From Candidatus Hodarchaeota archaeon (lineage in GTDB: Archaea; Asgardarchaeota; Lokiarchaeia; Sigyniarchaeales; SOKP01): a stretch of 64,000 nucleotides of DNA. The notes under the pieces are model-generated. The model was not told where the DNA came from. It made no database searches and saw only the letters and a program-made list of their open reading frames with translations. Both the position numbers and the translations under genes were made by a program. This document shows, piece by piece, positions 10,672 through 19,933 of the stretch. Position 1 is the first letter of the stretch, and every line of letters begins with the position of its first letter. The stretch lies in assembly GCA_048886685.1 (NCBI GenBank), contig JBHLKM010000006.1, forward strand, positions 164,062-228,061. The letters are read 5' to 3'.

Positions 10672-11706
10672 ATGTTAAGACAAGTCTACATTTTAAAAGA
10701 CGATATAATGCTATACAATAAGAATTTTGGAAAATCAATATCAGTGGAGGATTTCCAAAAACTTATTCAAGAAATTCTTGAAGAAACTGAAAAAGGAACA
10801 CATTTAGAAAGCTATGACTTTTTCAAATATAAACTCGTGTACTCTTACGGAAAAGATGAAGGATTGATGTTCATATTCATTACTGATATAAACGATGAAA
10901 TAAAAAGATCTAAAGAGGAACTGAAAAAACTAAAAAATGAATTTTTAGAGACATTTGGAGATAGTTTAGACAATTTAGATCCCACACTTATGGAGATATT
11001 AGATCCCATCATAGATACAACCCATAGAAACCTTAAAACAAAAATATCTTTAGTAGGATTTTCAGGAGTAGGGAAAACAACAACAACTAATTTAATCTGT
11101 GCTGATGAAATTCCTTCTGTTCATATTCCTACTATAACTGGGAGGATCTCAACCGTTAAAATCGGGAAACTCTATTTCCATCTATGGGATTTTGCCGGAC
11201 AAGAACAATTTAGTTATTTATGGAATGATTTTATTCTTGGTAGTGATGCTGTACTAATAATAACAGATTCTACATTAGAGAATGTAGAAAAAAGTAAATT
11301 TTTCGTTGAGTTAATAAAAGAACACGCTCCTTATGCTCATACTGCTGTAATTGGGAATAAACAAGACTTACCTGATGCCTTAAGCATTGAAAAAATACAG
11401 GAGATTTTAGGATTAAAAACTTATTCGATGGTTGCGATAGATCCAGAAAATCGCGATAAAATGATTCAAATCGTTGCAGATATATTAGAAATTAGCACTG
11501 ATGCATCACCGCTGCTAAAACCATTATTTGAAAGAGATCAATTAATTAATAAGGCAAGAGCGTGTCTAGAAAGCGGTGATATAGCCCAAACTGCGGAATA
11601 TTTCGAAAAAATATCAGACTTATGCCTTGAATTAGGAGATGATACTCTTTACAAGGAGTTTTATGAGAAAGCAAAAAAATTAAAGGGTTATTTAACGAAC
11701 CAATAA
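10672..11706 (+). CDS. Small GTPase (Arf-like) with N-terminal longin domain and C-terminal helical bundle
   Basis: G1 GFSGVGKTT, G2 PTI, G3 WDFAGQ, G4 NKQD; ~120-aa longin-like N-terminus (YKLVYSY..LMFIFITD). Confidence 0.85.
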   Translation: MLRQVYILKDDIMLYNKNFGKSISVEDFQKLIQEILEETEKGTHLESYDFFKYKLVYSYGKDEGLMFIFITDINDEIKRSKEELKKLKNEFLETFGDSLDNLDPTLMEILDPIIDTTHRNLKTKISLVGFSGVGKTTTTNLICADEIPSVHIPTITGRISTVKIGKLYFHLWDFAGQEQFSYLWNDFILGSDAVLIITDSTLENVEKSKFFVELIKEHAPYAHTAVIGNKQDLPDALSIEKIQEILGLKTYSMVAIDPENRDKMIQIVADILEISTDASPLLKPLFERDQLINKARACLESGDIAQTAEYFEKISDLCLELGDDTLYKEFYEKAKKLKGYLTNQ

Positions 11707-11786
11707 ATTAAAACTTTTTTATACGTAAGTAGCTTTTCACTATGAATTAAATATAAAAAAAATTAAAATAAATATTTAAAAAAAAT

Positions 11787-12899
11787 TTAGTCTTCTTCTT
11801 TTTCTTCTACTTTAACCTTAATCGGTCGATAGTTATCATCAAGAACATTAAGATATTCAATCAGAACCCCAGTTGATTTTGATTTTACTTCATATTGGTG
11901 AATTATTGTTCTTAACATGTATTTAGGGTATATCAAAGAGTTATAAAAATCTGTAAGTAAAGCATAATATTCGTTTCCTTTAGTATCTTGAAAAACATGA
12001 ATCATCTGATTATTCCATAACTTCTTTAATCCACTATCGATGTCATCAACTCCTTTTTTTCGGAGTTTCTCCAGGACATTTTTTGTAACGATTGAAATTC
12101 TAAGTAATTTTAAAATTTCATATACTTGAGGATCTGCGATAACTTCATCTAGTATTTTAAGATTGTCCTCATCTGATGGACGATATTTTTGGAAGAATTT
12201 CCTAACAGCTATATTATATTCATCCGTAAATTTGTCAGGAAGTCCTCGCTCAGTAGGATTTTTAAGTAAAATAATTGGTGGTCTTCGAATCATGAACAAA
12301 TCATTTATAAGAAAAATTAATTCTGAAGGCATACCTTTAACTGATGCTTCTTTTATTATCTCCTTTTTGATTAATTCCATAAGAATCGCATCCACATCGA
12401 AAAATCCTTCCCTATATCGGTCCTTTAACCATATTTTCAATTCTGATTTGCTTATCACGCCTTCTTCTCTTAACCTATTTATAATTAATCTGTTTACACC
12501 GTCAAGATATGTGATAGCTAGACTTTGCTCTTCATTTAAATGAGGATATGTTGATAATCTTTGGAATAAGAACGGGATCATTTCTAAATATGCATTATCT
12601 TCATAGTTTTGAAAAATCACGCGTGAAATATCAGATAATCCACCCTCATATGTATCAGCATCTTCATCTAAATTCAAGAGTAGGATGATATAAAGAGGTT
12701 TTTCTCTCCCAGTATAATATGAAGCAATGTTTAATGGACCTACAAGTAAACTAATCATTCCTGGTTCTCCTGTATATTCATGAGCAGCATATATTTGCAT
12801 TAATGTTTCCTCGGTTATAACGAGTTCATCTGGATATTTCGCAAGAATCTCTGTACTTACTTTAATATCCCATCTCATTATTACTAATCCAATTGGCAT
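11787..12899 (-). CDS. Longin/uDENN (NPRL2/NPRL3-like) protein, paralog 2
   Basis: Colinear with 4694..5809 (shared LNIASYYTG, KSELxIWLKDRY, KEASVKGMPSELIFLI, GNEYYALL). Confidence 0.6.
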   Translation of the reverse strand: MPIGLVIMRWDIKVSTEILAKYPDELVITEETLMQIYAAHEYTGEPGMISLLVGPLNIASYYTGREKPLYIILLLNLDEDADTYEGGLSDISRVIFQNYEDNAYLEMIPFLFQRLSTYPHLNEEQSLAITYLDGVNRLIINRLREEGVISKSELKIWLKDRYREGFFDVDAILMELIKKEIIKEASVKGMPSELIFLINDLFMIRRPPIILLKNPTERGLPDKFTDEYNIAVRKFFQKYRPSDEDNLKILDEVIADPQVYEILKLLRISIVTKNVLEKLRKKGVDDIDSGLKKLWNNQMIHVFQDTKGNEYYALLTDFYNSLIYPKYMLRTIIHQYEVKSKSTGVLIEYLNVLDDNYRPIKVKVEEKEED

Positions 12900-15800
12900 T
12901 AGTTATTTTCACCTCCTTCTTTGGTGATCCTGTCTTTTATTGATGATTTCTTGGTTTTTAAATCTTGTATTCCTAATGTTTCATCTATTGAAAGACCAAG
13001 TTCCTTCCAATCATCCCCAAATAGTTTTGCTGTCATTTCTTCTTTTGTTGGAATTGAAATCTCTGAAACTTTTTTCTTTGATTTGATGTAGCCCTTGATT
13101 TTCCTTATCTTTTTAACATGTTTGGGAATTCTTGCTCGTTGGATGACTCTATATGCTACAATACTTCCTACTACTCCAACTACTGACGCAGTAATCAAAA
13201 TGAAGTAAAATGTTGGCATTCCTGGAAATATTTCTTCCATTAAAACCTCTATTGTTATAGGAATCTCTCTAGTAGTAAAATTAATCATTTCAATAGTAAT
13301 TTTGGCAGTCAATGTTTTTGAAGAGATGAATGTGTCAATGCCACTTGTGCTGTAATTTAAAGTATAAATCCCTGGTATAGAAATAAAAGGAATAAAATCA
13401 ATATCAACACCTCTAATGTTCAATGAAACTTGAGCATCTATTAAACTAATATTATTCCTAGAAAGATCAACTAAATTGATAACAAAGTTAATAATATCTC
13501 CTTGATCTACTTTAATCTGATCATTCGCTTCTTTAGATTTTTTATTTGCTTCTAAAACATAATCGAACTCTCTTAATTTAATTTCTAGATTTATAAAAGC
13601 AAACCTAGCTTCGAAACTTATTTTTTGCATAGTAATAAATAATGAATATTCACCAACTTCTCTTAATTCTGTATTAAAGTCAACATAATATGTTCTGTTA
13701 GGATTTTGTATCAACGTTCCTGTGCCCTCATATCCTGGTCCAGTAAGAGGATTTCCATTTTCATCTAATTCATGCCAACTATAGCTTGCTGTTGTTAAAT
13801 CTCCAATTACCTCAAGGCTATTTGCATCTATATATGCAAATGTGAAGTATCGAGTATCTTCAACCCAAACCTCTGGAGTTAGATAAACTAACTCTGTCAG
13901 GTCATTAAGAAGAGTTTTTCTTTCGAGAATATTAAGGTAGACTGGGAATGAAAGCCTAGTATAATTTTCAAGTGAGGCAGAAATGCTTATAACTTTTATA
14001 CCTGTACTTTGCGCATCAGAACTATTAAGAGTAAATGTATAGTATTGACTATTTAAAGGATCAGAATAGAAAGTAATAGGATCAAGTCCAATCCAACTAT
14101 ATGTTAACAATGCGTTTTCTAAATGAAATCCTGATTCTGCAATTGAATATTTAACTGTAATGTTTATAAGTTCGTTAAAATTTGTTGTATATGTCTGATC
14201 TAATATCAATATACGTGTATCATAATCATGTGCAGTGATTATCGTTGGTAGTGCCTTTATTTTAACTAAATATACTATAGAAGTTGGATTGTCATATGTC
14301 GGGTGATAGCCACTTATTGCGACATCATAGTATTCTTTATCAGTTCCGGCAGATAGAAGTCCTGAATTAACAGTTATTGTAAAATTACCATTCCCTACAT
14401 AGGTCATTTTCTCTGAAATCAATATTTCTTCTGAACCGGCCACTTTTATTGTCAAATAACAGTTTCCTGGGGGTTCTGAAACGTAATCCCACGTTTGCCA
14501 GTTATCAGAAGTGGATATAAATTCTGCCCAGAAACTTATATCATCTTCCCAGAACGCTTCACTTGTTCCCCCTGTTGTATTAAAGGCTGTATCATAATTA
14601 GTTACATTTACTCCTGTTCCTTCTAATCTCAGGTTAAATGTAATTGAGGAATCTCCGTGTAAAGTATAATTATATTCATTTATTTTCGCAAGTCCTGGGA
14701 TCCACTGTGGAGGATCAACATACGTTATATTAAAAGGAGCATCAGTTATGTTTGCAATGTCTAAAGAGAAATTATACTTTCTCCCTATCAAGAACCAAAA
14801 TGGTGTTTCATAACCATTTTTAGGACTAAATGCATATCCATCTCTGTCGCTAAATGAGGACAAATTGACTAATGGTTGTCCGGTTAAATCATCGACTACT
14901 TTAATTGTTGCACTCCTAGGATCTCCCTCTGGGGATTCTACACTTCCGTAATTTTCTATTACTCTAAGGTTTAACCTTGCTAAGGCTGTTCTATTATAGA
15001 TATTACACGATTCTATTAAATCCAATTTAATCATACCGTTGCTAATTGTACTATTGAATCCATTGACTTCAACTAATAGACCATAAACTTCAAAATTATC
15101 ACTTCTTAAATTATCATTATCAATATGTGTGATATCAAGCTCTATAAAATCATCTGTTATATTGGTGGCACTATAGACTTTATTATAAATAAGGTTTCCT
15201 ACAGTTGAATCGTCCTTATCTATATAATAGATAGAAACATCTTCAAGATAATTCTGCATATCTGTTAGAGTAATATTGGCTTTAAGGATTTTTATATTAC
15301 TTAATTCAGTTTTAGAACCATTAGTATAAATTCGTTCAGAAACAGAAAAACTACCTACACTTGATTCATTTAAATTTATTGTATGATCCCTAAATTTTGC
15401 ATTATCCTGAATATATTGACTTCTATAGATATAACTCTCATTTAGCGCCAAAGGAATAAAATCACCATAATCCTCGTTATCATAAAAAACTTTATAATAA
15501 TAACTCGATTTATTTAGCCACCGAAATGTTGCCCTACCATTATTATCAAGTGTCACGCTATCTAAGAATGCGCCGCCTTTACTTTCATTAATTTCAATGT
15601 ATCCATATTTTAATGGGATCCCATCCCAATCGACAACTTCAAAATCAATAGTCCATAAATCTAATTGAATATCGGTTGTATAATCTATTCCATTAAAATA
15701 GTATGGACCTATACCGGATTTACTACTATTGAAAACTTCAACTTCCTGAGAACATAAAGTATAATTCGCAGTAATATTATATCTACCACGGGGTAAGTCA

Positions 15801-17284
15801 GTAAACGTTATCTTACCATCAGTAGCAACTTTAGAATCAACAATAAATCCACCTGTTCCCTTAGCACTATTATTTACAATGAAGATTTCTGTGTTGGGTA
15901 CTATTCTTCCATCAACGTCTTTAGCTATAACAGTAACATCAGATTTACGAGCCTGTAACTCTTCTATTGAAGTAGTAAGTGTATAATTGAATCCCACATA
16001 ATCTACTTGAAAAAATCCTGATCTAAGGTATTTAGCATCTCCATTTTCAAAACCCCAAGATCCAAGCTCTAAAAATATTTCTTCACCCATATAATCTGAT
16101 ATATCAAAAATTATATTTCCTGTTAAATCGTTATATGATATGCTAGTGTCCACTACAGGACCCTTAAAATGTTCCCATAAATTAGGCTGATTATTATAAA
16201 CTTGACCTGTTTTTTGTGCATACCCTCCATATGCTTCAATATAATTATTATAACCTGTTCCGATATTCTCATGTAAATCAACATCACTAGTATACTTTGA
16301 AGCCGTACCATTGCAAAGCCTGATGAAATAACCATCATTATCTATAGTAGCACCACCTGCTTTATTTCTCTCAAAAATAAAAGTTCTTACATTACGCCAC
16401 ATATTTAAACTAATTTTACCTGTACCATCATTTATTACAGGAACTTTAAAAGGATAAGAATATAATGTCCCAACATAATCAAATGAACTTGCAGAAGTAC
16501 CCACAGTAGCTGTTTTAGTTCCCCATTTGTATGCATAATCACCATGCCCAACTCCCTCGAGATCGGTTGGATCGTTGATTACACTATACATAAAATTATC
16601 ATAACTAGTTTCTGAGTTATTATATGATTCTAGATTAGAAACTATTAAATCATCAGTAACATAGTCAGTAGGATCATCTATAAAATTCCATCCATAAGGT
16701 ATAAATTTAATACTTGTATCAGTATCAAATTCGAAATCACCATTCTTGATCCAACCAAAACTATCTGTAACACCACTAGCTTCAGCATTTCCAGCCAAAC
16801 TATTTCCAAAATATAAATATGTGTCACTTTCAGTTGCATATTGTAATATATCAGTATCAAACCATACAGTAGCTAAATCTGTAGATGGATAGTCTTTAAC
16901 AACATAATATTTCAGTAAATTACCATTCTCTACGATTCTTATATCGTCTAAATCTGATTGAATTAGACTTCCTAATTCGGCATAATTAAATGTTAAACTA
17001 ACTCCAAAATTAGTAAAATTCGCATTATAAGGGTTTGTTATAGTAATTAATCGGCGATAGGCAAAATCAGTATCCCACCATGGATCATCTCCTAATAAAC
17101 TTGACTTAAGCCCTGTTGGAGTGGAAAAATCATTAAAATCATTATTTTCTTCATAAATATTCTCTGAATTGGTCGCAGAATTAAATAAATTTGTTAGATA
17201 TGCTGGAAAAAGCATTATCACTAATGTTATTGAGAGTAACAATACAATTTTTAATCGAATTTTATGTTTATTAAATGTTTTCAT
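12899..17284 (-). CDS. Large membrane-anchored surface glycoprotein 2 (DUF2341-like, CBM-like jelly roll, Ig-like stalk, C-terminal TM, cytoplasmic tail)
   Basis: Signal region; PWWDTDFAYRRLITITN..DLDDIRIV..YLYFGN; WIKNGDFE; TM FYFILITASVVGVVGSIVAY; tail homologous to glycoprotein 1. Confidence 0.8.
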   Translation of the reverse strand: MKTFNKHKIRLKIVLLLSITLVIMLFPAYLTNLFNSATNSENIYEENNDFNDFSTPTGLKSSLLGDDPWWDTDFAYRRLITITNPYNANFTNFGVSLTFNYAELGSLIQSDLDDIRIVENGNLLKYYVVKDYPSTDLATVWFDTDILQYATESDTYLYFGNSLAGNAEASGVTDSFGWIKNGDFEFDTDTSIKFIPYGWNFIDDPTDYVTDDLIVSNLESYNNSETSYDNFMYSVINDPTDLEGVGHGDYAYKWGTKTATVGTSASSFDYVGTLYSYPFKVPVINDGTGKISLNMWRNVRTFIFERNKAGGATIDNDGYFIRLCNGTASKYTSDVDLHENIGTGYNNYIEAYGGYAQKTGQVYNNQPNLWEHFKGPVVDTSISYNDLTGNIIFDISDYMGEEIFLELGSWGFENGDAKYLRSGFFQVDYVGFNYTLTTSIEELQARKSDVTVIAKDVDGRIVPNTEIFIVNNSAKGTGGFIVDSKVATDGKITFTDLPRGRYNITANYTLCSQEVEVFNSSKSGIGPYYFNGIDYTTDIQLDLWTIDFEVVDWDGIPLKYGYIEINESKGGAFLDSVTLDNNGRATFRWLNKSSYYYKVFYDNEDYGDFIPLALNESYIYRSQYIQDNAKFRDHTINLNESSVGSFSVSERIYTNGSKTELSNIKILKANITLTDMQNYLEDVSIYYIDKDDSTVGNLIYNKVYSATNITDDFIELDITHIDNDNLRSDNFEVYGLLVEVNGFNSTISNGMIKLDLIESCNIYNRTALARLNLRVIENYGSVESPEGDPRSATIKVVDDLTGQPLVNLSSFSDRDGYAFSPKNGYETPFWFLIGRKYNFSLDIANITDAPFNITYVDPPQWIPGLAKINEYNYTLHGDSSITFNLRLEGTGVNVTNYDTAFNTTGGTSEAFWEDDISFWAEFISTSDNWQTWDYVSEPPGNCYLTIKVAGSEEILISEKMTYVGNGNFTITVNSGLLSAGTDKEYYDVAISGYHPTYDNPTSIVYLVKIKALPTIITAHDYDTRILILDQTYTTNFNELINITVKYSIAESGFHLENALLTYSWIGLDPITFYSDPLNSQYYTFTLNSSDAQSTGIKVISISASLENYTRLSFPVYLNILERKTLLNDLTELVYLTPEVWVEDTRYFTFAYIDANSLEVIGDLTTASYSWHELDENGNPLTGPGYEGTGTLIQNPNRTYYVDFNTELREVGEYSLFITMQKISFEARFAFINLEIKLREFDYVLEANKKSKEANDQIKVDQGDIINFVINLVDLSRNNISLIDAQVSLNIRGVDIDFIPFISIPGIYTLNYSTSGIDTFISSKTLTAKITIEMINFTTREIPITIEVLMEEIFPGMPTFYFILITASVVGVVGSIVAYRVIQRARIPKHVKKIRKIKGYIKSKKKVSEISIPTKEEMTAKLFGDDWKELGLSIDETLGIQDLKTKKSSIKDRITKEGGENN
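12909..12916 (-). promoter_or_regulatory. Shine-Dalgarno GGAGGTGA inside the 3' end of glycoprotein 2
   Basis: Minus strand reads aaGGAGGTGAaaataacTAATG: stop and start overlap by one base. Confidence 0.8.
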
Positions 17285-17432
17285 AAAATCATCATTTCTT
17301 TATGTGTTTTTGTAGAAAAATTATTTACAAATATTATAACAGAAGTTAAATAAAATATTATGCTTAAGGATAAAACATTGTGATAGAACTAAATGGTCAT
17401 TCAATAGTCTCTTGCATTATTAAATCTAATAA

Positions 17433-18068
17433 TTACGATTTCTTATCGAGCAAAAGAAAAACTTTTCGCTTTTTTTGCCTATTCGGGTTATCTATTATGA
17501 AATTTCCAATAAAATCTGTATGGTTCACAATTATTTTGCCTGTTTTGTCCATGAGTTCCTTATTTTTTGGATAAAATTGTATAACTATTCGTCCATCTGG
17601 TTTCAAAATCTTATAAAATGATGTTGAGAGATTTTTCAGCATTGAATACATCACTCTATCGTTTAAGTCCCTATATACCCATTGTAATGCTGAAATAGAA
17701 ATAATAGCATCAAATGTATTTGGTTTAAAAGGAAGAAAACACATATCCGCATTAATTGGATTTAAATCACTTATTTCATAAAAATATAGAAATTCTGAAA
17801 TAATATCAAGAGCTACTATCCTATATCCTATTTCTTTTAAATATGTTGCGGCAAAGCCAGGACCACAACCAGCATCTAAAATCAGAGAGTCCTTCTTTTT
17901 AATATTTAAAAGTTCTAAAGCTCTTATTGTTATTTTTTCTTGAATTTTCATCATAGATTTAGAAGTGGCATATTGAGTTAAGACGTCCCCTCTAAAATAA
18001 TCTGAAACATTTTCATATTCTTCTTCTGGTCTCTTCCTCTTTACATTGAAGCTATATTCGGTGTTCAA
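17433..18068 (-). CDS. SAM-dependent methyltransferase, Bud23/WBSCR22-like (SSU rRNA m7G)
   Basis: RPEE, IQEKITIRALELLN, ILDAGCGPG, FDAIISISALQW, QFYPKN, IDNPNRQKKRKVFLLL all parallel recalled Bud23 motifs. Confidence 0.75.
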   Translation of the reverse strand: MNTEYSFNVKRKRPEEEYENVSDYFRGDVLTQYATSKSMMKIQEKITIRALELLNIKKKDSLILDAGCGPGFAATYLKEIGYRIVALDIISEFLYFYEISDLNPINADMCFLPFKPNTFDAIISISALQWVYRDLNDRVMYSMLKNLSTSFYKILKPDGRIVIQFYPKNKELMDKTGKIIVNHTDFIGNFIIDNPNRQKKRKVFLLLDKKS

Positions 18069-18223
18069 ATTAATGGGCTAGTAATCAAATTATTATTTTA
18101 GTAAATGAGATATAACCTTTTAAGTTTTAAATAATAAACCAAAAATTTTATTTAATTCTAAATATTTATATTTTCATTCTATTTTAATTTATTAACTCTT
18201 TAATTCGTTAAAAAAGACTCATT

Positions 18224-18523
18224 ATGTCAGAGAAAGAAGAAAAATTACTGGTTAGAAAAGCCACATTAAATCTTAGAAGAAAATATGGCAGAACTAAACA
18301 GATAAATGTTGTTGAAAGAGATGCTTTTATACCCAAGAATTTAGAAAAAGAAATAAGAGATTCAATCGCGAAGAAAAAAACGATTTTAGCATCAGATATC
18401 GCTTTAAAGTTTGATATTAGGGTTTCAACAGCAAAAATACTTTTAAAACATTATGAAGAAGAAGGTTTAATAAGGCTACTGGATCCAACCTTAAAACTAA
18501 AAATTTATGTTCCTACTTCTTAG
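18224..18523 (+). CDS. rps25e: Ribosomal protein eS25 (S25e)
   Basis: 99-aa basic winged helix, ILASDIALKFDIRVSTAKILLKHYEEEGLI..KIYV. Confidence 0.8.
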   Translation: MSEKEEKLLVRKATLNLRRKYGRTKQINVVERDAFIPKNLEKEIRDSIAKKKTILASDIALKFDIRVSTAKILLKHYEEEGLIRLLDPTLKLKIYVPTS

Positions 18524-18656
18524 TATTTTCTAATCATTATTGTTAAATCAAACTAATTATTTGGTTTCTTTCATACAAAAAGAAAGAATTTTATATTTGA
18601 GATGTTTTAAATTTCATAAGAAAACAGTAATGAAGCTTGTAATTTAAACTGACTTA

Positions 18657-18761
18657 GCAGATGTAGCCTAGCTGGTAAGACGCTGGCCTCGAGAGCATTT
18701 TTCGATAACCTAGAGAGCCAGTGCGCGTAAGCGCTCGGGGGTTCGATTCCCTCCATCTGCG
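18657..18761 (+). tRNA. tRNA-Ser(CGA) with 22-nt intron at 37/38 (18694..18715)
   Basis: Acceptor GCAGATG/CATCTGC, discriminator G, anticodon stem CTGGC/GCCAG, loop CT-CGA-G^A, long variable arm GCGC-GTAA-GCGC, T-arm GGGGG-TTCGATT-CCCTC. Confidence 0.88.
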
Positions 18762-18833
18762 CTTAATTAAATTATTCATTAATCTATTTGATGAACAAAA
18801 ATTATTGATTTGCTTTTAGATAAATTGTAAGCT

Positions 18834-19766
18834 TTATTGGATAATTTGTAAGATTAGATTCTCCATTTGAGGCTTAGCTGATTCAATTTTATCTAAAAGT
18901 GTAACTGTCTTCTCTAAATCTTTTTGATCTTCTTCTACTATGAATAACAAATAAAAATCTAAATTCCCAAATTTGAGGACTTCTATAACACCTGAAAATC
19001 TCTCCCCACTTTCGAATGAATCGGAAAATTCGAATAAAATTCTGTTTTCTGAAACAATACGTTTTTGTAAATTTAGATATATCTCGTAAATTTTCATTTT
19101 TTGAGTCAACTGTAGGTGTGGACGATAAAATTCACCTAAAGTTATACCCTTATTGTCGAATAAGGCTATTAGAATTGCGTCATAGCTTTTACTAATTTCT
19201 GCAAATAAATTCGAGACCATCTCCATTTTCTCGAATAACATTGATAATCCGCTTGAAAAAGCGTCCATGACAGATTTGATATCAAATATAGTCGTTTCAA
19301 AGAAGAAAATATCGAAATCGTTAGAATATCTTGTTAATGCTTGCTTTAATGTGAGGATCCTTTTGTTTATTTCTACATTGTCCACAAGCTGGGGGTCGAA
19401 CTTATGAAAGAGGATTGCCACTATTACATCCTCTTGGTACTCCTTAAAAAATAATAATACTTCTTCCAAATAATCTATTGATTCAATATATCTATCAAAA
19501 TCTTGAGCATCTATAACATAAAAAATTAAATCTATTCCACTCAAGAATTTCTCTGGATGTTTTAAATAATCTTCCCGATATATTCGCTGTCCACCAAAAT
19601 CTAGCCTTGAAAACTCTAAACCTAAAAATTTGAAGGAATCACGAGCAATTCTTCTCGTAGGCATTAATTTGGCTATTTCTTCTTCAAAACCAAACCGTTT
19701 CGTGATCGCTGTAATAATACTGGTCTTACCGGCGTTATCAAGGCCTATAAATGCTATCTTTTTCAT
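18834..19766 (-). CDS. Rag/Gtr-like small GTPase with C-terminal roadblock domain
   Basis: GLDNAGKTS, PTR, DFGGQ, HKFD (Rag-type G4), ETTIFD; C-terminal ILIALFDNKGITLGEFY. Confidence 0.8.
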   Translation of the reverse strand: MKKIAFIGLDNAGKTSIITAITKRFGFEEEIAKLMPTRRIARDSFKFLGLEFSRLDFGGQRIYREDYLKHPEKFLSGIDLIFYVIDAQDFDRYIESIDYLEEVLLFFKEYQEDVIVAILFHKFDPQLVDNVEINKRILTLKQALTRYSNDFDIFFFETTIFDIKSVMDAFSSGLSMLFEKMEMVSNLFAEISKSYDAILIALFDNKGITLGEFYRPHLQLTQKMKIYEIYLNLQKRIVSENRILFEFSDSFESGERFSGVIEVLKFGNLDFYLLFIVEEDQKDLEKTVTLLDKIESAKPQMENLILQIIQ

Positions 19767-19933
19767 ATGCTACATACCGTATCGTTTATCTAAAGAGTAC
19801 TTACTAATTTAATCAAAATTCAATACAATTAATAAATTATAGGTTTTAGTATAAAAAATATGATTCTTTTTATATTTAAGGTTAACGTTTAAATAAACTA
19901 TGTGTTCATCCCACTATGAGAACTAAGTCTATA

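Noticed and set aside
18657-18761. tRNA-Sec or tRNA-Leu, given the long variable arm
   Set aside because: The anticodon is CGA not UCA, the acceptor stem is a standard 7 bp and the discriminator is G, fitting tRNA-Ser.
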